Shown here in pieces: positions 36,523-46,364 of a stretch of DNA of 64,000 nt. The notes below the pieces were generated by a model. That model searched no databases. It was not told where the DNA came from and saw only the letters and a program-made list of their open reading frames with translations. Each line of letters starts with the position of its first letter. Position 1 is the first letter of the stretch. The stretch is from a bacterium BMS3Abin08 (GTDB taxonomy: Bacteria > Nitrospirota > Thermodesulfovibrionia > Thermodesulfovibrionales > JdFR-85): contig BDTA01000096.1 of NCBI GenBank assembly GCA_002897935.1, positions 9,679 to 73,678 of the forward strand, in the 5' to 3' direction. Made by a program: the position numbers and the translations under genes.

Positions 36523-37930
36523 TGTAAGCGAGAGTGAGAGAGATATTATGGAATCAGAGGAAAGTGCACTTATAATGCCCGAGAGTATGGATGGCCTGAC
36601 CCCCAGGCGGATAGTTGAAGAGCTGGATAAATACATTATCGGCCAGGAAAGTGCAAAGAGGTCCGTTGCAATAGCGCTGAGGAACAGATGGCGTAGACAG
36701 AGGCTCGAACCCGAACTTAGGGAAGAGGTGCTCCCGAAGAACATAATCATGATCGGACCCACGGGTGTCGGCAAGACGGAGATTGCAAGGAGGCTTGCAA
36801 GGCTTGCCCATGCCCCGTTTCTGAAGATCGAGGCATCAAAGTTTACAGAGGTGGGGTATGTAGGAAGGGACGTGGAGTCGATGATCAGGGACCTTACCGA
36901 GATTGCCGTTAACATGGTCAAGAAGGAACACCTTACCAAGGTACAGGAGAAAGCCGCGATTCTTGCCGAGGAACGTATCCTCGACCTCCTTCTGCCAAGG
37001 CCCAGGGGCTCTCTCGGTGGACAGACGGTAACCGAAGACGAAAGAATCCGGCAGTCCGAGACCCGTGAGAAATTGAAGAAACAGTTAAGAGAGGGTAAGT
37101 TTGATTCGAGGTATGTGGATATAGAGGTCAGGGAGAAGGTGATGCCGTTTGGGGTTATCTCAAATGTAGGTCTTGAAGAGCTTGAGATAAACCTCAAGGA
37201 GATGCTGGGGAACATATTTCCCGAGAAGGCCAAGAGGAAGAAGGTCAAGGTGAGAGAAGCCGTGCAGCTCCTTACCAAAGAGGAGGCGGATAAACTCGTA
37301 GATATCGATAAAATAACGAAGGAGGCTATTCAACGGACCGAACAGGCCGGTATCGTTTTCATCGACGAGATAGACAAGGTAGCATCCCGGGGTTCTTCAC
37401 TTGGGCCCGATGTCTCCCGCGAAGGGGTACAGCGTGATCTCCTGCCCATTGTGGAGGGAACTACGGTCACAACAAAACATGGCCCGGTCAAGACAGACCA
37501 CATACTGTTTATTGCCGCCGGCGCCTTTCATATTGCAAAACCCTCCGACCTGATACCTGAACTCCAGGGGCGGTTTCCCATAAGGGTGGAGCTCGATCAT
37601 CTGAGTGAGGAGGATTTCAGGCGTATCCTGACGGAACCTGACAATGCCCTTATCAAACAGTATATAGCCCTGATGGGGACTGAAGAACTGGGTGTGGCCT
37701 TTACCGACGATTCGATAGAGGAGATTGCCTCTATAGCTGCCCATGTTAATGAAAAGACCGAAAATATAGGTGCAAGGAGACTCCAGACGGTGCTTGAAAA
37801 GCTCCTTGAGGAGTTATCCTTTGAGGCCCCGGAGATGAAAAAAGCATCCGTTACGATCGACAGGGAATATGTGAATGAAAAGCTCCATGATATTGTTGAG
37901 GATGAAGACCTCAGCAGGTACATCCTTTAG
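36515..37930 (+). CDS. hslU: ATP-dependent protease ATPase subunit HslU
   Basis: '[16 protein letters not shown]', Walker A '[15 protein letters not shown]', '[10 protein letters not shown]', 'FIAAGAF'. Confidence 0.92.
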   Translation: MNSVSESERDIMESEESALIMPESMDGLTPRRIVEELDKYIIGQESAKRSVAIALRNRWRRQRLEPELREEVLPKNIIMIGPTGVGKTEIARRLARLAHAPFLKIEASKFTEVGYVGRDVESMIRDLTEIAVNMVKKEHLTKVQEKAAILAEERILDLLLPRPRGSLGGQTVTEDERIRQSETREKLKKQLREGKFDSRYVDIEVREKVMPFGVISNVGLEELEINLKEMLGNIFPEKAKRKKVKVREAVQLLTKEEADKLVDIDKITKEAIQRTEQAGIVFIDEIDKVASRGSSLGPDVSREGVQRDLLPIVEGTTVTTKHGPVKTDHILFIAAGAFHIAKPSDLIPELQGRFPIRVELDHLSEEDFRRILTEPDNALIKQYIALMGTEELGVAFTDDSIEEIASIAAHVNEKTENIGARRLQTVLEKLLEELSFEAPEMKKASVTIDREYVNEKLHDIVEDEDLSRYIL

Positions 37931-37990
37931 TTTGAAGCGGATTGCTTTGGGACGCAGTATCGTTTAACCGCACCTTCAATATAATCGATT

Positions 37991-38629
37991 ATGAAGACGT
38001 ATTTAGGAACCCTAATTGTTGTCCTGTTGATAGTCTCCTGTGCGCCGGTCAGGTACGAGGGCCGTCCTGCCGGTAAAACAATGGTGGCGTCCTGGTATGG
38101 CGAGAAATTTCACGGTCGCCCCACAGCCTCCGGAGAGATATTTAATATGTATGACTTCACTGCTGCCCACAAGAGCCTGCCCTTTGGTACAAGACTGAGG
38201 ATAATTAACCCTGTTAACAGCCGGTCGGTAGTGGTAAAGATAAATGACCGGGGTCCCTTTGTAAGGGGGCGTGACATTGACCTCTCTTATGCAGCGGCAA
38301 GAAAGATAGGAATAATAAGGAGGGGAACCTCCAGGGTCTATGTGGACTACCTGGGCAGGGACAACAGCTTTGTAAGGCCGGTAAAGTACATATCCGACAG
38401 GGGCCCATTTACGGTACAGGTGGCTTCCTTCAGGGATATAAGCAATGCATTCAGGCTCAAGTCGATTCTTGAGCATTCCTACTCCGATGTATATATCATG
38501 AGGATATGGATCAGGGGGGAGAGGTTTTACAGGATAAGGGTCGGGCGGTCTCTCGGTAGGCTCCAGGTGGAGAGGCTTGCAGGGAAGCTCTCTGGTGAGG
38601 GGTACGGCGTGATGATAATGGGATATTAA
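37991..38629 (+). CDS. rlpA: Septal-ring lytic transglycosylase RlpA-family lipoprotein (DPBB + SPOR)
   Basis: Lipobox 'LLIVSC', 'ASWYGEKFHGRPTASGE', 'VKINDRGPF', and a C-terminal SPOR-like 'FTVQVASFRD'. Confidence 0.85.
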   Translation: MKTYLGTLIVVLLIVSCAPVRYEGRPAGKTMVASWYGEKFHGRPTASGEIFNMYDFTAAHKSLPFGTRLRIINPVNSRSVVVKINDRGPFVRGRDIDLSYAAARKIGIIRRGTSRVYVDYLGRDNSFVRPVKYISDRGPFTVQVASFRDISNAFRLKSILEHSYSDVYIMRIWIRGERFYRIRVGRSLGRLQVERLAGKLSGEGYGVMIMGY

Positions 38630-38638
38630 GGAGGCTCT

Positions 38639-39220
38639 ATGACGGGTTTTGACGATGTTGTGAGGTTTCATGGACATGCCTGCCCGGGGCTTGCACTCGG
38701 TTACCGGGTTTCAGACCTGGCGCTAAGGGAGCTCTCCGGGAGGGCTGAGGACGAAGAGATGGTTGCGGTAGTGGAGAACAACTCCTGTGCCGTCGATGCC
38801 CTTCAGGCAATGACGGGCTGTACTTTTGGGAAGGGGAATCTCTTTTTTAAGGACTACGGTAAACAGGTGTATACCCTTATAAAAAGGCCCTCAGGAGATG
38901 CACTGAGGATATCCGTCATCTGGGTTTCCCCACCTGAGAGCGATGAGGAGATTAAGGCCTGGAGACGTTTTTCAGATGGTGACAGGTCAGAAGAGGTACT
39001 TAAAATAGTCCATAGCAGGAAGGCCGGGAAGATAAAGGCCATAATGGATGCAGATGACGAAGAACTCTTTGCTATAAGCAGACTGAGGATTGAACCTCCC
39101 CGGGAGGCGAGGATCTATCCCTCGATCCGCTGTGCCGTATGTGGTGAGAAGGTTATGGAACCGAGAGCGAGGGTGAAAGATGGGAAAATCGTCTGTATCC
39201 CCTGTGCTGAAGGTGAATAA
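38639..39220 (+). CDS. FmdE-domain protein with C-terminal zinc ribbon
   Basis: 'FHGHACPGLALGYRV', 'NSCAVDALQ', and C-terminal 'CAVCGEKV...KIVCIPC'. Confidence 0.8.
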   Translation: MTGFDDVVRFHGHACPGLALGYRVSDLALRELSGRAEDEEMVAVVENNSCAVDALQAMTGCTFGKGNLFFKDYGKQVYTLIKRPSGDALRISVIWVSPPESDEEIKAWRRFSDGDRSEEVLKIVHSRKAGKIKAIMDADDEELFAISRLRIEPPREARIYPSIRCAVCGEKVMEPRARVKDGKIVCIPCAEGE

Positions 39221-39226
39221 TCCGGT

Positions 39227-39457
39227 TTATTTTCTTGGATGTTTATGGCACTTGAAACAATCAAACTTGGGAGGATGATTCTTCCCGAGCGGAGCCTTTC
39301 CATGGGGTCCATGACACCCCTTGCACAATGCTGTCTCGTTTTTTAATCCCCTGTGAATGGAATCAGAAGGTATCCGGGGATACTTTTTCCCTGAAATCAG
39401 GAAGAGAACTCCAAGAACCATCAGTATGAAGGTGATAAAGATGAGCGTGTTTTTCAT
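39227..39457 (-). CDS. Small membrane-anchored dihaem c-type cytochrome (76 aa)
   Basis: N-terminal TM 'LIFITFILMVLGVLFLI'. Two CxxCH motifs: 'CKGCH' and 'CFKCH'. Confidence 0.6.
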   Translation of the reverse strand: MKNTLIFITFILMVLGVLFLISGKKYPRIPSDSIHRGLKNETALCKGCHGPHGKAPLGKNHPPKFDCFKCHKHPRK

Positions 39458-39518
39458 GGTTTGTAGTTTACCACATTTTCATAGTGTGATATAATTTATG
39501 ATATTCACAACGCACAAT

Positions 39519-39762
39519 GTCATTCCGGCACAGTGTCATGCCGTAGCGGTTGTTTTTTCCTGTCATTCCGGCTTGTCCGGAATCGTTCTTTGAGAAAGGA
39601 TTCCCGACGCGCTTCACTTGCGGGAATGACAAATAACCGTAGCGTTCGTTTTCCGTCATTCCCCGAAAGCGTTCGGGGAATTGTTCTTTGAGCAGGATTC
39701 CCGACTCCCGAATGCGTTCGGGAGTCCGGGAATGACAAATGGCTGTAATTTATAGACAGACT
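39519..39762. repeat. Cluster of GTCATTCC-hairpin modules
   Basis: Contains the P, Q, R and S module types in series (as defined in the modular-repeat finding at 12143-12495) and ends in ...GTAATTTATAGACAGAC. Confidence 0.7.
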
Positions 39763-39788
39763 CTAAAAATTATTGAGAGGAATCAGGC

Positions 39789-40673
39789 GTGAAGAAGCTG
39801 ATTGAAAAGGCCGAGGTACTGATTGAGGCGCTTCCCTATATCAGGGAGTTTTATGGGAAGACCTTTGTGATCAAGTACGGAGGCGCCGCACAGGTTGAGG
39901 CATCGTTGAAGGATGCCTTTGCCCGGGATGTGGTTCTTCTCAACTATATAGGAATCAATGCAGTGATTGTTCATGGCGGAGGTCCCAGGATTTCAGAGAT
40001 GATGAAGAAGATGGGTAAGGTGCCGAGTTTTGTCCAGGGTCAGAGGGTCACCGACGAGGAGACCATCGATATTGTCGAGATGGTTCTCGGAGGGCTTGTA
40101 AACAAGGAGATAGTTTCCCTCATTAACCGGCACGGAGGAATGGCCGTGGGTTTAACCGGAAAGGACGGAGGGCTTATAACGGCGGTAAAGAAGGTTATAA
40201 GAAAGATGTCCGATGAGACGGGGATGGATGAGGTAATAGACCTCGGTCTTGTCGGCAAGGTGAAGGAGGTAAATCCCGCCATTCTTGAAAGCCTTGAGAG
40301 TAACGGCTTTATTCCGGTGGTTGCACCTGTAGGGGTAAGCTCCGATGGGGTAACGATGAATATAAATGCCGACAGCGTTGCTTCCGTCCTTGCGTCAGCT
40401 CTTGGGGCGGAGAAGCTGATACTCCTTACGGATGTTGCCGGGATTAATGACATGAAGGATCAGGTCGTCTCAACCGCGAAGTCCCGGAATATAAAGAAGA
40501 TGATCCAGAAGGGAACCATATCGGGCGGTATGATCCCCAAGGTCCAGGCGTGTATGGATGCCTTGAAGGGAGGGGTGGCGAAAACACACATAATCGATGG
40601 AAGGGTGCCTCACTGTCTTTTGCTTGAGATCTTTACTGAAAAAGGTATCGGAACAGAAATACTGTCTAAATAG
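39789..40673 (+). CDS. argB: Acetylglutamate kinase
   Basis: GTG start. 'LPYIREFYGKTFVIKYGG', 'VVHGGGP', 'NINADSVA'. Confidence 0.9.
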   Translation: MKKLIEKAEVLIEALPYIREFYGKTFVIKYGGAAQVEASLKDAFARDVVLLNYIGINAVIVHGGGPRISEMMKKMGKVPSFVQGQRVTDEETIDIVEMVLGGLVNKEIVSLINRHGGMAVGLTGKDGGLITAVKKVIRKMSDETGMDEVIDLGLVGKVKEVNPAILESLESNGFIPVVAPVGVSSDGVTMNINADSVASVLASALGAEKLILLTDVAGINDMKDQVVSTAKSRNIKKMIQKGTISGGMIPKVQACMDALKGGVAKTHIIDGRVPHCLLLEIFTEKGIGTEILSK

Positions 40674-40677
40674 AGTA

Positions 40678-40782
40678 CTGTGTATAAAGTCAGTCTCTCT
40701 ATCTGTCATTCCGGCTTGTCCGGAATCGTTCTTTAAGAAGGATTCCCGACATGCTTCGCTTGCGGGAATGACAAATGACCGT
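40678..40782. repeat. GTCATTCC-hairpin modules (one P module, one Q module) with a CTGTGTATAAAGTC end
   Basis: GTCATTCCGGCTTGTCCGGAATCGTTCTTTAAGAAGGATTCCCGACATGCTTCGCTTGCGGGAATGAC. Confidence 0.7.
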
Positions 40783-40865
40783 CAAACTCACCGACTAAAG
40801 GTCGGGCTTTCGGCAAGCAGGCATTGTAAATAACCGGCAGGACCAAAGGTCCCGGAGGTGAACCC

Positions 40866-41390
40866 GTGTCAAACAGGGCTCTGTTGATAATCGATATGCT
40901 GAATGACTTTGTGCTGGAGGGGGCGCCCCTTGAGGTTCCCGATACAAGAAAGATCGTTCATGTTATAAAAAAAGAGATTGAAAGGGCAGGGAATGCCGGG
41001 GAAAGGATAATCTACGTATGTGATGCCCATGAGCCCGATGACAGGGAATTTGAGAGGTTCGGCTGGCCGGTTCATGCGGTTAAAGGGACGAAGGGGGCGC
41101 AGGTTGTGGATGAGCTGAAGCCCTCGGACAGGGACATAGTTATTCAGAAAACAACGTACTCGGGGTTTTACAATACGGAACTGGATTCCGGCCTCAGGGC
41201 AATCGGTGTAGATACGGTGAGGCTCACCGGGTGTGTTACCCATATATGCATCATGTTTACAGCATCTGATGCCGTGCTGAGGGGATACAATGTGGAGGTT
41301 GTCCATGACGCGGTTGCAGGTCTTGCCCCTGAGGACCATGAAGCAGGGCTCAGAATCATGAAGAATGTCCTGGGAGTTAAAGTCGTATAA
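40866..41390 (+). CDS. Isochorismatase/nicotinamidase-family cysteine hydrolase
   Basis: 'ALLIIDMLNDF', 'VHAVKGTKGAQ', catalytic 'LTGCVTHICI'. Confidence 0.8.
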   Translation: MSNRALLIIDMLNDFVLEGAPLEVPDTRKIVHVIKKEIERAGNAGERIIYVCDAHEPDDREFERFGWPVHAVKGTKGAQVVDELKPSDRDIVIQKTTYSGFYNTELDSGLRAIGVDTVRLTGCVTHICIMFTASDAVLRGYNVEVVHDAVAGLAPEDHEAGLRIMKNVLGVKVV

Positions 41391-41450
41391 GTGTGATTCG
41401 ACTTAATCTGTTTAATTTTGTGGTAATTTTCGACAGGCTCAACCTTGCAG

Positions 41451-42104
41451 ATGGAATACAGTGAACTGAGAAAGATAATGGTCCATACCCAGCTTATCCC
41501 CCGGGGTATAAAGGACAAGCGCGTGCTTGCTGCAATGTTAAAGGTTCCACGTCACCTCTTTGTTGATGAGTCTCTTCAGCACAAGGCATATGATGACTGC
41601 GCCCTCCCGATTGGAGACGGCCAGACAATCTCCCAGCCATACATGGTTGCCGTTATGACCGAACTCCTGGAACTCTCCGGAGATGAGAGGGTCCTTGAAA
41701 TCGGGACCGGTTCCGGCTATCAGGCAGCGGTACTTGCTGAACTCGCCCGTGAGGTATACACAATTGAGAGAGTGGAATCACTCGCTGAGAGTGCCAGGGA
41801 GAAACTCAAGGCCATTGGTTATGACAACGTCCATGTAATAACCGGTGACGGAACAGAGGGGCTCAGGGAGAAGGCTCCTTTTGACAGGATCGTCATCACT
41901 GCAGGAACCCCCGTGGTTCCCGCTCCGCTGAAAGACCAGGTTGCAGAAGGGGGGATAATTCTTGCTCCCGTTGGCAGCAGGTTCAGTCAGCAGTTATTGC
42001 GTTTGAAGAAGGTTAAGGGTTTCTTTATTGAAGAACTGCATACACCCTGTGTGTTTGTACCCCTTATAGGGAGGCACGGGTGGAAGGAAGATAAAGGTAA
42101 ATAA
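41451..42104 (+). CDS. pcm: Protein-L-isoaspartate O-methyltransferase
   Basis: 'GDGQTISQPYMVAVMTELL', 'VLEIGTGSGYQAAVLA'. Confidence 0.9.
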   Translation: MEYSELRKIMVHTQLIPRGIKDKRVLAAMLKVPRHLFVDESLQHKAYDDCALPIGDGQTISQPYMVAVMTELLELSGDERVLEIGTGSGYQAAVLAELAREVYTIERVESLAESAREKLKAIGYDNVHVITGDGTEGLREKAPFDRIVITAGTPVVPAPLKDQVAEGGIILAPVGSRFSQQLLRLKKVKGFFIEELHTPCVFVPLIGRHGWKEDKGK

Positions 42105-42115
42105 AGGAGGTTAAA

Positions 42116-42562
42116 GTGAGAAGCTATGTCCTTGTACTTGTTGCAGTTGCGGTTTTTTTTGTTTCCGTGGTCTCTGCAGACGCCCTCTGTGTCAATTCAG
42201 GTACCGCCAACCTAAGAAGAGGTCCGGGAGTAAAATATGAAAAGACCTGGCAGGTCTTCAAGTATATGCCCCTTAAGAAGATCAAGAGGAAGGGGCAATG
42301 GTACAAGGTAAAGGATGTAGATGGAGACATCCACTGGATCTTCAGGAAGCTCGTTACAGGCAAGTATAAGTGCGCCGTTGTGAAGAAGAACAAGGCAAAT
42401 ATAAGAAAGGGTCCCGGGAGGAAATACCCCAGAACAGATATAAGTCCTGCAATCAAATATGATTCCTTCAGGATCCTGAAGTTTAAAGGGAAATGGGTCC
42501 AGGTGATTGACGAGTTTGGGGAGAAGGGCTGGGTATTTAAGAAGTTGCTCTGGATACAGTAG
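42116..42562 (+). CDS. Exported tandem SH3-like (SH3_3) domain protein
   Basis: Signal peptide 'VLVLVAVAVFFVSVVSADA'. 'NLRRGPGVKYE' and 'NIRKGPGRKYP' repeat, as expected for bacterial SH3 domains. Confidence 0.65.
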   Translation: MRSYVLVLVAVAVFFVSVVSADALCVNSGTANLRRGPGVKYEKTWQVFKYMPLKKIKRKGQWYKVKDVDGDIHWIFRKLVTGKYKCAVVKKNKANIRKGPGRKYPRTDISPAIKYDSFRILKFKGKWVQVIDEFGEKGWVFKKLLWIQ

Positions 42563-42582
42563 GATCATGAAGCGGGGGTAGT

Positions 42583-43923
42583 ATGACGGGGTTTTTAATG
42601 AGAAGACCGGTCATCCCGGTGTTGCTTTCAGTGGTTGTTGTAATCGGTGTAATCCTTTCTTTTTCCTGTGCCGGGAAAGATGAGGGGAAGGCAAAAGTGC
42701 TGCGTTTTGTTACCTGGAAGCCGAATGTGCCCGAGGTATGGGAGGAGATATACCGGCGGTTTGAGCAGAAATATCCCGACATAAAGATCGTACGAGAGAT
42801 CGGGCCCCATTCTTCAACGGCCTTCCATGACCTGTTAACGCAGAAGCTGAAAAACAGGAGCAGGGATGTTGATGTCTTCCTTATGGATGTTATCTGGCCC
42901 CCGGAGTTTGCTGCCGCGGGGTGGGCAATGCCCCTTGATGATCTGTTCTCTCCCTCTGAGCAGAAGAGGTTCCTCGACGGTACGATACTTGCGAATACAT
43001 ACAGGGGCAGGATCTATGGAGTTCCTCTCTTCATAGACAGCGGGATGCTCTTTTACAGGAAGGACCTGCTCGACAAGTATGGTTTTTCACCGCCTGCGAC
43101 CTGGGAGGAGATGGTCGGACAGGCTGAAAAGATCGTATCCGGGGAGAAGAAGAGGGGTGAGGATATTTATGGATTCTCAGGACAGTTCAAACAGTATGAA
43201 GGCCTTGTCTGCGACATGATGGAGTATATCCTGAGTAACGGCGGCTTCATACTGGATCAGGAAACAGGAAAGCCCGGTATTGCAGAGCCGCCTGCTGTTG
43301 AGGCAGTCAGGTTTGTGAGGGACAGGATTATAGGCAATATTGCTCCCAGGGGCGTACTGACCTATCAGGAACCTGAATCACTGGACCTCTTTGTTCAGGG
43401 AAAGGCCGTGTTTCACCGTAACTGGCCCTATGCCTGGAGGGTCTCAAATGACCCTGAGAAATCAAGGATAGCCGGGAAGGTCGGTATTGCAAGGCTTCCC
43501 CACTTCAGGGGTGGAAAGAGTTATTCCACTTTGGGCGGATGGCAGGTCGGGATAAGCAGTTATTCGGAAAAGAAAGGGCTTGCCTGGAAGTTCGTGGAGT
43601 TCCTGACGGGTCCCGAGGTTCAGAAGATCATAGCGCTGAGTGCCGGAAAGGCACCGACCCGCAAGGCCTTGTACGGTGACGGGGAGATTCTGAAGGTCAA
43701 TCCACAGTTCTCAGATATGAAGGATGTCTTCCTGACGGCCTATCCAAGGCCGAGATCGCCTCTCTATCCTTCCATCTCCAATGTCCTGCAGAGATACTTC
43801 AGCAAGGCCATCTCAAATACCAATATTGATATTCAGAGAGAAGCGGAAGCGGCTTCCCGGGAGATGCAGGGAATTCTATCCATGATAGGGAACAACGCCA
43901 CAACGCCTCCAAAGTCCCCTTAA
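42583..43923 (+). CDS. ABC-transporter extracellular solute-binding lipoprotein (family 1, sugar-type), orphan
   Basis: Lipobox 'ILSFSCAG', 446 aa. No permease or ATPase genes are adjacent. Confidence 0.75.
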   Translation: MTGFLMRRPVIPVLLSVVVVIGVILSFSCAGKDEGKAKVLRFVTWKPNVPEVWEEIYRRFEQKYPDIKIVREIGPHSSTAFHDLLTQKLKNRSRDVDVFLMDVIWPPEFAAAGWAMPLDDLFSPSEQKRFLDGTILANTYRGRIYGVPLFIDSGMLFYRKDLLDKYGFSPPATWEEMVGQAEKIVSGEKKRGEDIYGFSGQFKQYEGLVCDMMEYILSNGGFILDQETGKPGIAEPPAVEAVRFVRDRIIGNIAPRGVLTYQEPESLDLFVQGKAVFHRNWPYAWRVSNDPEKSRIAGKVGIARLPHFRGGKSYSTLGGWQVGISSYSEKKGLAWKFVEFLTGPEVQKIIALSAGKAPTRKALYGDGEILKVNPQFSDMKDVFLTAYPRPRSPLYPSISNVLQRYFSKAISNTNIDIQREAEAASREMQGILSMIGNNATTPPKSP

Positions 43924-43948
43924 AGCCTACCGTCTTGTCAATTCATTT

Positions 43949-43971
43949 GTCATTCCGGCTTGTCCGGAATC
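43949..43971. repeat. Solitary GTCATTCCGGCTTGTCCGGAATC hairpin module just after the SBP gene stop
   Basis: Exact P-module sequence. Could serve as a transcript-end hairpin. Confidence 0.6.
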
Positions 43972-44204
43972 AAACGGAAGTGACCGGCGAATCCCATTTT
44001 ATGTGAATTATGCTCAGCTTCATTTGCCTTGTTAGCCGATGTTACTGCTTATATGTTTTTGGCTTACTACCACGAATACCCTCCATGATAGCAGCAAACC
44101 AATTCCTCTATGCTCCTTAGCAACTCCTTATATTCTTGGATACTCGTCAGTCAGTTTTGTGTTGCAATTTATCAGAGGTTAACCCCATTAGGAGGAGGTT
44201 AAAA

Positions 44205-44429
44205 ATGGATAAATACAAGTTTTCAGTTATAGTTGAACGGGATAGGGATGGCTATTTTGCATTTTATCCTGAACGTTAGGGTTGCTATACACAGGGTGAT
44301 TCTTACGAAGAAGTTTTTGAGAATATCAAAGACGCTATTCGGCTCCATGTGGATGACAGAATTGAAAATGATGAAGATATACCACAATCTGAATCTGTGA
44401 GCCTGACCCTGATGGAAGTAGCAGTATGA
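44205..44429 (+). pseudogene. hicB: HicB-family antitoxin gene with an in-frame TAG (44277-44279)
   Basis: GGAGGAGG RBS. MDKYKFSVIVERDRDGYFAFYPER-TAG-GCYTQGDSYEEVFENIKDAIRLHVDD matches the HicB/UPF0150 pattern (...P.LPGC.TQGD...EA..N..EAI). Confidence 0.6.
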
Positions 44430-44506
44430 CAGAGAAGTTGCCAAGAGTAACCGCTGCTGATACACTCCTGGCTGCAGGTTGTTTAGGCGTTAGCGGCAAC
44501 AACTGA
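44426..44506 (+). pseudogene. hicA: Truncated HicA-like toxin remnant (26 codons)
   Basis: The ATG overlaps the hicB stop (ATGA). 'MTEKLPRVTAADTLL' resembles the HicA N-terminus, but the ORF stops after 26 codons. Confidence 0.4.
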
Positions 44507-44649
44507 ACACTAAGGAGCTAATGACCATGAAAAACGATATAGAAGTGACCCCCAAAACATGTACCACCTGAACGCTAAAATATTCGTGATATAATTGACC
44601 TCTAAATTAAAATTCCAGGTGATATTGGAAGTACTGCCGGTAAAGGATA

Positions 44650-45144
44650 CTATGGGTTACAGACCATCATATATATAAGTGTCGTAGTGACCTTGCCCTG
44701 CACGGTAGGCTGAGTTAGGTTGAACGTCATCTCCGTCATCGTGCCTTCCCAGAGTCCTGGGTAACCCGGCAGCAGCGCCGAAGGTTTCAGTGCAAGATGA
44801 CTCGCCGTAAAGGATGTATTAGTGGCATTAACGGTGGAAGAAACCAAAGTTGCGACAAAAGTATCTCCGTCGATCAGGCCTGTACCTTGCACAGGTGTCA
44901 GCGCTGTCGGCACGTTGCCCACGTTGCCATTTAATACAAAGTATCCGTTGTCATAATACAATACACCAAGTTTCATTAGTTGTGTGGGTGGCTCAGGAGG
45001 AGGCCCGATTCGGCGCAGATTATTAAAAAAGATACAAATTTCACCCAGATAGGTAACTTCAGCTTCTGCTGAGCCATAAATCAGAAAAAAACTTAGAAAT
45101 AGTAAGCTAATCACCATTAATCCTATATGTTTTGCTGGCTCCAT
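44650..45144 (-). CDS. Exported hypothetical protein
   Basis: GGAGG RBS. Signal peptide 'IGLMVISLLFLSFFLIYGSAEA'. No recognisable domain. Confidence 0.6.
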   Translation of the reverse strand: MEPAKHIGLMVISLLFLSFFLIYGSAEAEVTYLGEICIFFNNLRRIGPPPEPPTQLMKLGVLYYDNGYFVLNGNVGNVPTALTPVQGTGLIDGDTFVATLVSSTVNATNTSFTASHLALKPSALLPGYPGLWEGTMTEMTFNLTQPTVQGKVTTTLIYMMVCNP

Positions 45145-45235
45145 GATTTCCTCCTTCAGTACTCACCTTCGGTATTAAACTACGATCAAAAGAGGGGAAA
45201 GAGTTTTGATTCCCTCTCCTCTCAGTCGGACCCGT

Positions 45236-45554
45236 TCAGGGCACAATGGTCGACAAATAAATATCGCCGATGTCTGTGGTAACCGGAATGCCTACCCATG
45301 CGGAAAAATAGTTATCCACATCTGAGATGGTCTGGTCCCAGATGTCTTGATAATCGCCGATAAAGCATGGGTACAGAGTATATTTTGTAGGATCGGATTG
45401 GAAAGTACTCACTTGGGTATTAACTTGGAGAGGCGATCCGTTCGAATCGATACGGGCCATATACTGATGATATTTTATATTACTGCGGCGGAGATGCAAA
45501 AGAAACACCTGAGATCAAAAGAAAGACAATAATGGAAAAACATATCCTTTTCAT
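45236..45554 (-). pseudogene. Exported hypothetical protein, apparently frameshifted between signal peptide and mature part
   Basis: AGGAGG + ATG (45554) encodes MKRICFSIIVFLLISGVSFASPPQ-TAA. The 90-codon ORF 45236-45508 continues in the +1 frame. Confidence 0.4.
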
Positions 45555-45943
45555 GGCCCCCTCCTATTTTTGATGTCGTTACAAACGAGATATCCCCATA
45601 TCACATTCGTCTTGCTCTCTATTTGCTCATTTACCACCTCCTTTCGATGTCGGGGCAACTGAGCAAGACTTTTTGTCGTACATTTCTCACAGTATAAAAG
45701 TCAGCAACTTAAAAGTCAAGTTAATATCTCTTAATATTCCTTCTCATTGTCTTGCATATGATGACTTGGTCTCGTCGTATCACCATTTATGGAATTCCAT
45801 CCATGGTCTACGACTTGATCAAGATGATCTGAGGACCTCGCAGAGAAAAAAACAGGGACCATCCAGTTAGCGTAAGAACTGAAGCCGCCGAGATATCAGG
45901 CTTGCCGACAAGGTGCATTGTATTGTAATGAAAGGCATTGAAT

Positions 45944-46082
45944 TTTGATGAACTCGTAAAAAGTCTGAAAAAGTGTTTTTTTGTCATTCCCGTGGAAACG
46001 GGAATCCAGTCTTTTCAGATAGTTACACGCTTCCTGGATTCCCGCTTTCGCGGGAATGACGACTTTTTACGAGAATATCAAG
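45944..46082. mobile_element. MITE-like element, 'CTTGATG..CTCGTAAAAA' TIR family, copy 2
   Basis: TIRs TTTGATGAACTCGTAAAAAGTC / GACTTTTTACGAGAATATCAAG. The interior has two CCCG...CGGG hairpin modules. Confidence 0.7.
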
Positions 46083-46364
46083 TATAAAGAAGTAGATATA
46101 TATTATTAAAATCTTCCCCCCCCTGTCTCCCTTTGCCAAGAGGGGGGATGCAGGAAGTTCCGGTTTGGCAAGGGGTGTTTTTTATGTAACGGTAAGGTGT
46201 AGTTGGGGGAATTCAGATCTCCTGCAGGTGCTCTGAGGCGCCTCGGTTCAGTTGGGTTTGAAAAGGCCTTTTCAGACTGTTTTCTTTGACTTGAGCGGGC
46301 TCCTGTGGCTGCAGCGGCCGTCGTCGGCCGACATGCTTTCAGGAGAACCCGTAGAAAGGTGATC

